DNA of 38,590 nt, from the IMG/VR virus record IMGVR_UViG_3300033168_000020, positions 1 through 38,590 of that record; one strand, written 5' to 3'. Shown here in pieces: positions 17,312 through 25,187 of the stretch. A program made the position numbers and the translations under genes. Under the pieces are notes generated by a model. The model had not been told where the DNA came from. It worked only from the letters and a program-made list of their open reading frames with translations, and searched no databases. This DNA comes from a virus (lineage: Duplodnaviria; Caudoviricetes). Numbering within the stretch: the first letter of the stretch is position 1; every line of letters begins with the position of its first letter.

Positions 17312-17671
17312 TCAGTACGTGTCAGGTGTCGATGACGGGGTCAACGCTGGGTCGGTCGAAGAGAGAACAAGGGTCTGCCGGAACACGACCCGCGCCGACG
17401 CTGAGATCGGGACAGGGTCCGCGGTCGTCGACTGCTGCACTGTCGCAAGACCCGTCACCGTGTCTACCTGCACGTTGTAGAAGACGCTGCCCGTCGTTGG
17501 TGCGGCGGGGATCGCCAACGGTGAACCGGTCACAGCAACCGAAGCGCCGGCGATGGGCTGCACCCGTCCGTCGATCGCCACGACCGTGCCCGTGTCCGGG
17601 AGGGTGAGCGTCACGGCGAACAGGTCGTCGAAGACCCCGTCGCCTGTGATGTTTGTGATGGTGAGTGGCAT
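17312..17671 (-). CDS. Beta-rich hypothetical virion protein
   Basis: 119 aa Thr/Val/Ala-rich between protease and capsid. Confidence 0.65.
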   Translation of the reverse strand: MPLTITNITGDGVFDDLFAVTLTLPDTGTVVAIDGRVQPIAGASVAVTGSPLAIPAAPTTGSVFYNVQVDTVTGLATVQQSTTADPVPISASARVVFRQTLVLSSTDPALTPSSTPDTY

Positions 17672-17682
17672 CCGCGTGGCCC

Positions 17683-18120
17683 TTACTGCTCGTATCCGGC
17701 GATCATGTACGCAGCGGTTGTGGCCGCTGCGGTGCCGAGCACCAACTGGACGACCGCTCCGGTCCCCGCAGCCGGTTGAGTCTCGATCCCCATCAACGCG
17801 ACGGGACCCGTGTCTCCCTTGCAGAACCCCTGAAAGATCGCGGTGGCGCCCGCGTTGATGGTCACCGCGAACGGCGTCGCGCTGTTCGCGCCGACGTAGA
17901 TGTCGGTGACGTAGAACGTCTTGCCGGCCGTGACTGTCTCCAGCGTGATCGGCGTGGCGGCGGCGAGCGACTGAGTGCCGACGTAGGTTTTCAGTGACTG
18001 CCCGAGGGTTGGGCCGCCAGCGTTGACCCGGACAGTAGGCGCGGCGCCGGTGGCGTCAAACAGCGACACCCTGCCGACGACATCGCCGCCTGGGGTGGTG
18101 ATAGAGGTGGGCATGCTCAA
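17683..18120 (-). CDS. Beta-rich hypothetical virion protein
   Basis: 145 aa; TVTAGKTFYVTDI...AGYEQ; overlaps protease stop. Confidence 0.65.
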   Translation of the reverse strand: MSMPTSITTPGGDVVGRVSLFDATGAAPTVRVNAGGPTLGQSLKTYVGTQSLAAATPITLETVTAGKTFYVTDIYVGANSATPFAVTINAGATAIFQGFCKGDTGPVALMGIETQPAAGTGAVVQLVLGTAAATTAAYMIAGYEQ

Positions 18121-18932
18121 CCTTTCTTAGGTGCCGCGTCGGCGGCGGCGAGGATTCGCCTGGCCATGTCCGGGTGCATCCCCCGCGCCGGGGTGTCACC
18201 GTCGCCGGGGTCCGGATCAGGGGCGACCTTGAGCACGTCCGCCAGCTCGGCGGTGGCCGCGCCCAGCGCGGTATCAGCCGGGTCGAGCCCCCGCGTGTCG
18301 GCGTCCGCGAGCTGCGACAGCACCTGCTGCAGCTTCGCGATGTTGTCCGACGAGAGGGCGTGGCCGCCGCCGCGGAACTCGCGGGCCATCTGCTCCACGA
18401 ACACGCACCGCGCCTCGTGCAGGTCACGGGCGCGGACACTCACCGACGTCGTCGGGTTCGCCGGGTACGTCACCACACTCACGTCGCCGCCAGCGAGGGA
18501 CACCTCATTGAGGGTCCGCATCGTCCTCTCGGGATCCGTGTAGTCCCACGCGTCGCCGCCAGGAGCGACACGGAACGCGAACGACATCTCATCCAGGTCA
18601 CCGCGGCGCATCTTCGGCAGCAGCCGCTGCACGTCCGGGTCGGCTGGGTCCAACGTGGCCCGCGCGTGCAAACCGGAGTCATCGACGGACAAAGCAAGAG
18701 TCCCGGACTTCGTGCGGGCCAATGGTTGACCGGTGTGATCCACGAGGAGCCGCACGTCTGGGCTGAGGCCGAGTGTCCGATCGAACGCACGCCGGTCAAC
18801 TTGCTCACAGAACGGACCCATGTCATAGGGGCGGCCGAACGTCGCCGCGTACCCCTCCAGAGTCGGCGCGCCCGTGGTTGAGTCGTCGCGCATCTCGAAC
18901 GTGGCGGCGACAGTGCGTGTCTCGAACGCCAT
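18117..18932 (-). CDS. Prohead protease, HK97 family
   Basis: LEGYAATF...LLVDH...LARTKSGTL...RGDLDEMSFAFRV...DVSVVTYPANP. Confidence 0.93.
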   Translation of the reverse strand: MAFETRTVAATFEMRDDSTTGAPTLEGYAATFGRPYDMGPFCEQVDRRAFDRTLGLSPDVRLLVDHTGQPLARTKSGTLALSVDDSGLHARATLDPADPDVQRLLPKMRRGDLDEMSFAFRVAPGGDAWDYTDPERTMRTLNEVSLAGGDVSVVTYPANPTTSVSVRARDLHEARCVFVEQMAREFRGGGHALSSDNIAKLQQVLSQLADADTRGLDPADTALGAATAELADVLKVAPDPDPGDGDTPARGMHPDMARRILAAADAAPKKG

Positions 18933-18933
18933 G

Positions 18934-20184
18934 TCAGGCTCCTGTCGGGTTCTCGGAGGTGGGCACCGGAGCTTCCGGTCCCGGTGGGTTGTGCAGGCCC
19001 GGCTCCCCGACCGGACGGCCCAGCGGCCCCACCGTCAAAGGCACCATGTCGGCCTCCTTCTTCTGCGCGTCCGTCATCGGGTCCAACCCGTCCCTGGACC
19101 GAAGCTCGGAGGGGGCGACGATCTTGCCGGCGAGCCGTTGCAGGTCGACCTTGGCCTGGGTCTCCGCGTCCAAACGGATCAGCCGGTGCGCGTTGAACTG
19201 CACGTACTGGGTGCCCGGCAACAGCCGGAACACCGCGTCCTCGATCCGGCGCAGCCAGTGCGCGAGCGAATAGGTGACGAACTCCAGACCACGCTGCTCC
19301 GTGTTCGTGTACGTCATCGAGCCACCTGACGGGCCGTCGATCATCCCCGCCGGGACGCCGAAGTAGCGACAGATTTGCGCCACCGACGCCTGCTGGGTCG
19401 CGAGGAACTGGGACTCGTCCGGCCTCACCTGGATCTGGGTGTACTTCAGGCCGAGGCCGAGGACGAGCGGGTCCCGGCCCCGGAACGTCGCCATCACCCG
19501 GTCCTTGATGGTCCGGGCCTGCTCCTGGTTGACCTGCTGGTCCGACTCGAGGACCGCCTTCGGGATGCCGTCGCCGTCGAAGAACCCGGACGCGAACCGC
19601 CGCGAGCTCAGGTCGAGGCCGAGGATCGCGGCGGCGTAGCTGATCGGGGACAGCCCGACGACCGACCCGGGCAGCGTCAGGCCACGGACGTGCCACATGT
19701 CCTGCAGCGGGATCACCCGGTCGGCCCCGCTGCCGTTCTTCAGCTTGTACGTGATCGTCCCGCCCGCGTCGACCGCCACGCTCACCCGGTCCGGGTCGAG
19801 CAGGTGAACCCCGGTCGCGAGAAGCTGGCCGTCCCGTTGGATCAGGCCGTACGCGTTGCCGCGCATCAGCAGCGACACCATCAGCATGTGCAGCCACTCC
19901 GACTGCGTCATGTCCCCGTCCGGTGACGTGACCAGCTTCGGGTCGGCAATCCGTTTCGGCACCGCCATCGGATCCGCAGCCCGCCGGAACGTCTCCATCG
20001 GCAGCGACGACACTGACCCCGCCAGCAGCGACACGCACGCCCACACGGTCGGGATCGTCAGCGCCGTGTCAGGCTTCGACGACACGCTGACGATGCCGTT
20101 CGCGTCCGCGCCCGGGAACGGAGCCACGGGTGGCTCAGGGAAGACTTGGCGGACCTCCCGCTCACGCCCGACGAAGAGACCCAT
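18934..20184 (-). CDS. Portal protein, HK97 family
   Basis: TVWACV..LA..VSSLP, LLMRGNAY, GLSPI, ESQFL, IC.YFGVP, Y.NTEQ. Confidence 0.94.
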   Translation of the reverse strand: MGLFVGREREVRQVFPEPPVAPFPGADANGIVSVSSKPDTALTIPTVWACVSLLAGSVSSLPMETFRRAADPMAVPKRIADPKLVTSPDGDMTQSEWLHMLMVSLLMRGNAYGLIQRDGQLLATGVHLLDPDRVSVAVDAGGTITYKLKNGSGADRVIPLQDMWHVRGLTLPGSVVGLSPISYAAAILGLDLSSRRFASGFFDGDGIPKAVLESDQQVNQEQARTIKDRVMATFRGRDPLVLGLGLKYTQIQVRPDESQFLATQQASVAQICRYFGVPAGMIDGPSGGSMTYTNTEQRGLEFVTYSLAHWLRRIEDAVFRLLPGTQYVQFNAHRLIRLDAETQAKVDLQRLAGKIVAPSELRSRDGLDPMTDAQKKEADMVPLTVGPLGRPVGEPGLHNPPGPEAPVPTSENPTGA

Positions 20185-20202
20185 GCAACCGGCCTTCCGG
20201 GG

Positions 20203-20355
20203 TTAGGACGTGATTCGGTCGAGGACCAACAGCACGCCGGCCACGATCATCGCGGCAGGGATAGAGAGCAGGGACACCCCCGAGACGATGCACGTGAAGG
20301 CGAGGATGCCCTCGACGTCACGCGGTTCAAGAAGAGGTTGTTTCGGTTGTTTCAC
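20203..20355 (-). CDS. Small membrane protein between terminase and portal
   Basis: MKQPKQPLLEPRDVEGILAFTCIVSGVSLLSIPAAMIVAGVLLVLDRITS; GTGA overlap; not in ORF track. Confidence 0.7.
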   Translation of the reverse strand: MKQPKQPLLEPRDVEGILAFTCIVSGVSLLSIPAAMIVAGVLLVLDRITS

Positions 20356-21797
20356 CAGACTGAGTCCGCCAGATTCCCGCCGTAGGTCCGGTGCCCCCAG
20401 CAGGCCAGCGTCACCGCGACCAGGGGCGTGATGTCAGACAAGGGTTTGCGCAGGTCCCACGCGAACGCGCCGGAAAGTGTCCGCAGCTGCGCGTCCCGGA
20501 CCGCGGCGTCCAGCTCCGGCTGCCCCAAATGGCGCACGTCCCGGTTCTGCACCGCGTCGTAGATCCACCCGCACGCCTGCGCGTAGTCCCGCGCCGAAAC
20601 CGTGTGAACCCGCACCCCAGCCTGTTTCAGGTCGTCCACGAGCGAGCCGGCCGGGGAACCGGGGTCGATCACGACAGAACCGCCGTTCCTCGCCGTAACC
20701 TCGGCCAGATACGGCACAATCCAGTCCGTTCCGGGGCCGTTCCGCACGTTCTCGAGGTGAATAACGCCGTCCTCGCGGGCACCCGAGGCACCCACCGCGG
20801 CAGTGCGCCGGTCCTCCGCGATAGCGGCGGCGAACACCGGTGGTCCGTCGATGGTCGACGCGCGGTCCGCGCAGCCCTCCCAAGTGCCCTCAGGGAACAC
20901 ACCGCCGAGCACAGGCACCGGGTCGAACACACCCAGACGCTCCCGAGCCAGACCAGCCCGGTTCCCCGAGAAGATGCCCCGCTCGATCGCCAGATAGTCA
21001 GCCGAAACCCGCGTCCCCAAACCGGGGTTCGCCATCGCCAACAGCTCCAGGTCCGACGCGTCCGGCGGCGGCGCCCCCACCTCCGGCTGAGGCACCGACC
21101 ACTCCATGTAAGCCAGCGTCGGCGACCCCGCCACACCGCGCTTACGGATGCCCGCCAGGACGACGCTGTGCTCCTTGCCGGCGCTCGAGGTGTACCAGAC
21201 CTGCGGGTTCGGCGCCGTCGTCATCGTCGGCGCCAACGCCTCCATCTCGGCGTCAGTCAAGTCGTAAGCCTCGTCGAAGATCAGTAGGTCAGTGCCCGAC
21301 AGACCACGACCGGCGTTCGGGCCGCGACAGATGAAGGACAGCTTGCGCCCGTCATGCAACTCGATGGACTTGTCCACCGGCGAGTTCAGCACCCGCTTCA
21401 CCCGGCGCGACAAGTCCGGGGCGCCGTCGATGACCTGCCGCACCCGCTTGAACGCATCCGCAGCCGTCCGGAACTGCTGCGCAGTGTGGACGATGGACCG
21501 CTCCTCGAGCAGGAACAGGCCGCCGATCTCCCGCGCCTCCAGGATCGAGCCCTTCCCGTTCTGGCGCGGCACCACGATCCCGACCTCACCAGCCGCCCAC
21601 CGGCCATCCGACCGCTCACCCATCGCCGACCGCAACGCCAACCGCTGCCACGCGTCCAGCACCAGGCCGTTCTCACCGCAGAAGTCCGCGATGTCATCGC
21701 CCGACGAGGACACCGCCGGCGGGTAGGTCCAGACCCGTGGAGTCTCAGAACCCCGCGGCAGTACGACGGGCGGCGCGTCGAGCAGCGAAGACGTCAA
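20352..21797 (-). CDS. Terminase large subunit
   Basis: Walker A VPRQNGKG, Walker B LLIFDEA, YTSSAG, ANPGLG, DITPLVAVTLA; start set at TTG 21797 behind GGAGG. Confidence 0.94.
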   Translation of the reverse strand: MTSSLLDAPPVVLPRGSETPRVWTYPPAVSSSGDDIADFCGENGLVLDAWQRLALRSAMGERSDGRWAAGEVGIVVPRQNGKGSILEAREIGGLFLLEERSIVHTAQQFRTAADAFKRVRQVIDGAPDLSRRVKRVLNSPVDKSIELHDGRKLSFICRGPNAGRGLSGTDLLIFDEAYDLTDAEMEALAPTMTTAPNPQVWYTSSAGKEHSVVLAGIRKRGVAGSPTLAYMEWSVPQPEVGAPPPDASDLELLAMANPGLGTRVSADYLAIERGIFSGNRAGLARERLGVFDPVPVLGGVFPEGTWEGCADRASTIDGPPVFAAAIAEDRRTAAVGASGAREDGVIHLENVRNGPGTDWIVPYLAEVTARNGGSVVIDPGSPAGSLVDDLKQAGVRVHTVSARDYAQACGWIYDAVQNRDVRHLGQPELDAAVRDAQLRTLSGAFAWDLRKPLSDITPLVAVTLACWGHRTYGGNLADSVW

Positions 21798-22020
21798 CAG
21801 AATCCTCCACTCGAGGGGTGCGCTCACGCAGGGCCTGCAACGTCGCCCGCAGCTCCTTGACCATCGCCGGCGCCGCCATCAGTGACCGGCCCGAGTCGAT
21901 GGCCGCGGCCAACGCCAGCGCCGACTGACCCTCAGGGGTGCCGACCGTCCCCAACGACTCAAGCTCGGCCAACGTCGCCGCACGGCAAGACGCCGGCGGC
22001 CGCTTCTTGGCTGGTGGCAC
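21745..22020 (-). CDS. Terminase small subunit
   Basis: ALALAAAID...KELRATL...D.FAARR; overlaps large subunit start. Confidence 0.75.
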   Translation of the reverse strand: MPPAKKRPPASCRAATLAELESLGTVGTPEGQSALALAAAIDSGRSLMAAPAMVKELRATLQALRERTPRVEDSVDVFAARRAARRTAAGF

Positions 22021-22366
22021 CCGTCATCCCCGTCCGGTCGGCTACGCTGGTGGTGCTATCGGACATGCAGGGCAGAGCCGATCCCGAGGCGGGACAGGGT
22101 TAATCCGCGCCGACAGGTGTCTCACCGGGCACCCTTGGACGGGGGTGGGCGGTTATACCGCCGCCCCCGTCGGTCCGCCCCCTCCAACGGTCTAGCGTGC
22201 TATCTTGACGACGGAAGTGGATAACAGCCCTTGGGCCTTCGGCGGCTTCGGTCGTCGCAGAGCGCCCTACCCGGTCGGCCAGGGCAGAGCCGTAATGCTT
22301 CGGGCGGCAATCCACCCCCACCTCGCCTATTGGCGGCGAAACGGTCTCCTTGGGTAAGAGACGAAG

Positions 22367-22397
22367 CGACTGCCCCGGCCCGAGGTCGGGGCAGTCG
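22367..22397 (-). terminator. Putative intrinsic terminator
   Basis: 14-bp stem CGACTGCCCCGGCC/GGTCGGGGCAGTCG, followed on minus strand by CTTCGTCTCTT. Confidence 0.6.
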
Positions 22398-22421
22398 TTC
22401 GCCCCCCCCCGGCTGAAGGAG

Positions 22422-22589
22422 CTACTCCCGTGGCGCTTGGTACTTCACCAAGTGGCTTGCGCCCAACGTCGCCGCAACCACCGAGGGGACCAGGATCAAC
22501 GGGTTCTTTCCGCCTTCGCTGATCAGGTAGTAGGCCAGCACCCCGAAGGCGACACCACACAACAACAGAGCGAGGCTCGCAAGGTCCAC
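22422..22589 (-). CDS. Small two-TM membrane protein (moron-like)
   Basis: (M)DLASLALLLCGVAFGVLAYYLI...LILVPSVVAATLGA; start uncertain. Confidence 0.5.
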   Translation of the reverse strand: MDLASLALLLCGVAFGVLAYYLISEGGKNPLILVPSVVAATLGASHLVKYQAPRE

Positions 22590-22659
22590 CCGCCTTCGAC
22601 CTGGGCGTCGTTTGCCAACTCGCAGACCCCTTCGGATCGCCTTCTCCATGGGTGGCACC

Positions 22660-22750
22660 CTGGCCCCCCCTTAGGTCGCAAAAAAAAGAGCGATAGCGGG
22701 GTCGTCCGTGGCGCCGGCGCGCAAAAACCAGATCGAGCGGGTCGGGGTGG
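22660..22750. other. Candidate cos / packaging initiation region
   Basis: Non-coding segment between HNH and small terminase with C7, A8 and A5 runs around a GC core. Confidence 0.4.
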
Positions 22751-22907
22751 CGGCTCGACAGCTCGCCTTCATCCGCTCGCGGGTCGGCGGGCGGCTAGGG
22801 CGGGCCAGGCGGGCGGCGGGTCGGCGGGTCGGCGGCGGGGGTCAGCTGGGTGGTCAGCAGCGGGTGGGGTCAGCAGCGGGCAGCAGGCGGGGGATGGGTC
22901 AGGGTCA

Positions 22908-22959
22908 GGGGATGGGGATGGGGATGGGGATGGGGATGGGGATGGGGATGGGGATGGGG
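22908..22959 (+). repeat. (GGGGAT)8 microsatellite
   Basis: Eight perfect units plus GGGG. Confidence 0.92.
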
Positions 22960-22974
22960 TCAGCGGATGGTCGC

Positions 22975-23271
22975 TCACCATGCCCGTGACCGGATGCGGG
23001 TCAGGATGGTAGCGCGGGTGAGGTTCCCCCGTGTGGCACCTTCGCTGCGGTTGCACGCCGCGTGCGCTGGTCCCAGGTAGGTGTCACGGGTGGGCCCGTG
23101 TGCCAGGTCCCACGGTGTACCCGGCTGTATCCACCGGGTGGGCATGACACACACCGCCTCGCTGCACTGCGCCCTACCTGCTGCCACTATGCGTTCGTAC
23201 TGCTGCCGTATGCGTCGGTGCCTGCTGCCGTAGCCGCGTGCGGTGGTGCTGAGGGTGGCACGGCGTGGCAC
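22975..23271 (-). CDS. HNH endonuclease (packaging-associated, HK97 gp74-like position)
   Basis: RGYG..H...C....C...WDLAH...GPAHAACNRSEG. Confidence 0.82.
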   Translation of the reverse strand: MPRRATLSTTARGYGSRHRRIRQQYERIVAAGRAQCSEAVCVMPTRWIQPGTPWDLAHGPTRDTYLGPAHAACNRSEGATRGNLTRATILTRIRSRAW

Positions 23272-23287
23272 TGTCGTGCGCTAACGA

Positions 23288-23509
23288 TTAGCTGACCGTC
23301 GATGTGTCGTGCGACCGGCTCACGGCCGGGCCTGACTCGCATCGTTGGCTGTGGCTGTGGCTGTGGCTGTGGTCCGCTGAGAGGTACAGGCCGATAGCTT
23401 CCACCAGAGCTTCTTGGAGCTCCTCCTCGTTACTGCCTGAGGCGAAGCATCCGGGGAGCTCCTCAACTTCAGCCCACAGGCCGCCGTCCTCGGGGTGAAT
23501 GCGTAGCAC
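23288..23509 (-). CDS. HicB-family antitoxin domain, orphan and possibly degenerate
   Basis: HPEDGGLWAEVEELPGCFASGSNEEELQEALVEAIGLYL matches the HicB N-terminal consensus. Confidence 0.7.
   Translation of the reverse strand: MLRIHPEDGGLWAEVEELPGCFASGSNEEELQEALVEAIGLYLSADHSHSHSHSQRCESGPAVSRSHDTSTVS
23346..23372 (+). repeat. (TGGCTG)4.5 microsatellite
   Basis: Encodes HSHSHSHS in the HicB frame. Confidence 0.85.
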
Positions 23510-23510
23510 C

Positions 23511-23825
23511 TTAGCTGGCCACTGCGCCGACGGTGACTGAGCTGGCGGCGGAGTAGGCGAGCAGGACGGTGCCGTTGGCGATGGTGCTTGCGGGTGGCAG
23601 GATCTCGGTGTCGCCCACGGCGCATGTGTAGGCCACGGAGTGGGTGAACCCTTGGGAGCACACGTTCTGTCCGGCCAAGGTGACTGTGACAGGGCCCGCT
23701 GAGCCGTTGCGGATGGTGATAACGGGCCTGGTGGCTGTGCCTGTGGCGACGGTGTCGCCACCTGCTGAGGCCGCGGCGTAGGTGACAACGTTTCCGGTGC
23801 CGGTCTGCACGTTGATGGTCGCCAT
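23511..23825 (-). CDS. Small beta-rich putative virion protein
   Basis: YAAASAGGD...IRNGSAGPVTVT...VTVGAV; RBS AGGA. Confidence 0.65.
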   Translation of the reverse strand: MATINVQTGTGNVVTYAAASAGGDTVATGTATRPVITIRNGSAGPVTVTLAGQNVCSQGFTHSVAYTCAVGDTEILPPASTIANGTVLLAYSAASSVTVGAVAS

Positions 23826-23899
23826 GTCGGGGTCCTATTCTGGGATAGTGCTCAAAGAGCTAGGAGTGTGGTTAAGGCCGAGGGCGCATACTAGAGAAC

Positions 23900-24052
23900 A
23901 TGAACGCGACGGAGGTCTCACACGTCCCGCCTGACTTCATCACCGTCTGGGAGTGCGAGCCGCCCCCCGACGGTGCGCCGTTCCGGGTCCTCGACGAGGA
24001 GTGGACCGACGACTACCACGAGCGACACATCCGCTCTTGGTCCGGCGCCTGA
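23900..24052 (+). CDS. 50-aa acidic protein, probably leaderless
   Basis: MNATEVSHVPPDFITVWECEPPPDGAPFRVLDEEWTDDYHERHIRSWSGA; CATACT 7 nt before ATG; GC3-rich codons; not in ORF track. Confidence 0.55.
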   Translation: MNATEVSHVPPDFITVWECEPPPDGAPFRVLDEEWTDDYHERHIRSWSGA

Positions 24053-24062
24053 TGCCGGGGTC

Positions 24063-24737
24063 CTAGCGTCGTCTGTGGTGGTGTCGCCCGGCGGCGAGGT
24101 TGCGTTGTGACGCCGCCTTCTGGGCAGCGGTTCTGGGTCGCGATCGGGCCCTAGCGAGGTTGAGCCGCGAGGCTGCTTTCTGAGCGGCGGTTCTGGGCCG
24201 TGCCTTGGCAACAGCCCGGGCGAGTGCCAGGTTGGCTTTGGATGCCGCATGCTGCCGAGCAGTCTTGGGCCGCGTCCTGGCGATAGCGCGGGCCAGTGCC
24301 AGATTCGCCTTGGACGTTGCGAGTTGCCGCGCAGTGCGTGGTCGTGTTCTCGCGATGGCGCGAGCACGGGCGAGGTTCGCCCGGGCCGCGGCTAGCTGCC
24401 GGCCGGTTCTGGGTCGCGTCCTGGCGACAGCGCGGGCCTTGGCGAGGTTCGCCCGGGCTGCGGCAAGTTGCCGAGCGGTGTGTGGCCGGGTTCTGGCGAC
24501 AGCTCGAGCTTTAGCAATGTTCGCTCGGGCTGCAGCGAGCTGGCGAGCAGTCCTGGGTCGGCCTTTGGCTGCGGCTCGACCTTTGGCGAGGTTCGCCAGC
24601 GCAGCGGCGTGCTGTTTCGCTGTGCGCCGACGGCCGTGGAGGGCGGCGCGGGCGTGGGCGAGGTTCCGTCGCGCCGCGGCGGAGCGGGCCGCTGTGGCCC
24701 TGTAGGCGGCGTGCCTGCGGTGGGTGGGCCACGCCAC
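24063..24737 (-). CDS. Highly basic tandem-repeat protein (protamine/histone-like)
   Basis: About nine repeats of RPRTARQLAAARANLAKARAVART; GTG 2 nt after upstream stop. Confidence 0.75.
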   Translation of the reverse strand: MAWPTHRRHAAYRATAARSAAARRNLAHARAALHGRRRTAKQHAAALANLAKGRAAAKGRPRTARQLAAARANIAKARAVARTRPHTARQLAAARANLAKARAVARTRPRTGRQLAAARANLARARAIARTRPRTARQLATSKANLALARAIARTRPKTARQHAASKANLALARAVAKARPRTAAQKAASRLNLARARSRPRTAAQKAASQRNLAAGRHHHRRR

Positions 24738-24739
24738 GA

Positions 24740-25174
24740 CTAGCCCAGCCACCGTTCGAGCAGCGCGTGTGCCTGGTCGACGTCGAGTTCGGGTCGGGCG
24801 TAGCCGGGCGCGAACGAGGCGGCTTCGAACGCTGCGAGCTGGACGGCGCCTCGCGTCCACGGCTCGTAGGGTACGGGCGTGTCGTGCAGCAGCGCCGCCT
24901 GGTATTCGCCGTGGGTGCGCAGCAGCTGGTAGGCGTGGTCGCGGACCCGGTCGCGGACGACCTCGGCGATGACCTCGCCGTGGTGGGTGTCGGACAGGGG
25001 CCGCGCGAGGTCGTGGATGAGACCCACGAAGCCGAGCTCGTCGCTGACCCGCAGGCCTAGGGCGCCTACGCGCAGGGCGTGGGTGAGGCCCGAGATGTGG
25101 TCACGGCCAGGGTTGGGGTCGGTATATCGGGCGGAGATACGGAGCAGTCGCACCATCTCGCTGAGACGGCTCAT
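24740..25174 (-). CDS. HD-domain metalloenzyme, PhnZ/MIOX-like
   Basis: H32, H54-D55, H64/H65, H88 (THGEYQ), E117 (FEAASFAPGY). Confidence 0.72.
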   Translation of the reverse strand: MSRLSEMVRLLRISARYTDPNPGRDHISGLTHALRVGALGLRVSDELGFVGLIHDLARPLSDTHHGEVIAEVVRDRVRDHAYQLLRTHGEYQAALLHDTPVPYEPWTRGAVQLAAFEAASFAPGYARPELDVDQAHALLERWLG

Positions 25175-25187
25175 GTCAGCGCCAGCC

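Noticed and set aside
22100-22321. 73-aa minus-strand ORF before small terminase
   Set aside because: No RBS or motif, overlaps strong hairpins; treated as non-coding
22708-23080. ORFs with GM, GW, GD or PS dipeptide repeats
   Set aside because: Translations of the GGGGAT microsatellite; no start context
24063-24737. 72-bp periodic DNA as a CRISPR array or ncRNA array
   Set aside because: No constant repeat/unique spacer structure; variation is mostly synonymous in one reading frame; no cas operon (the Cas4-like nuclease is the RecE partner)
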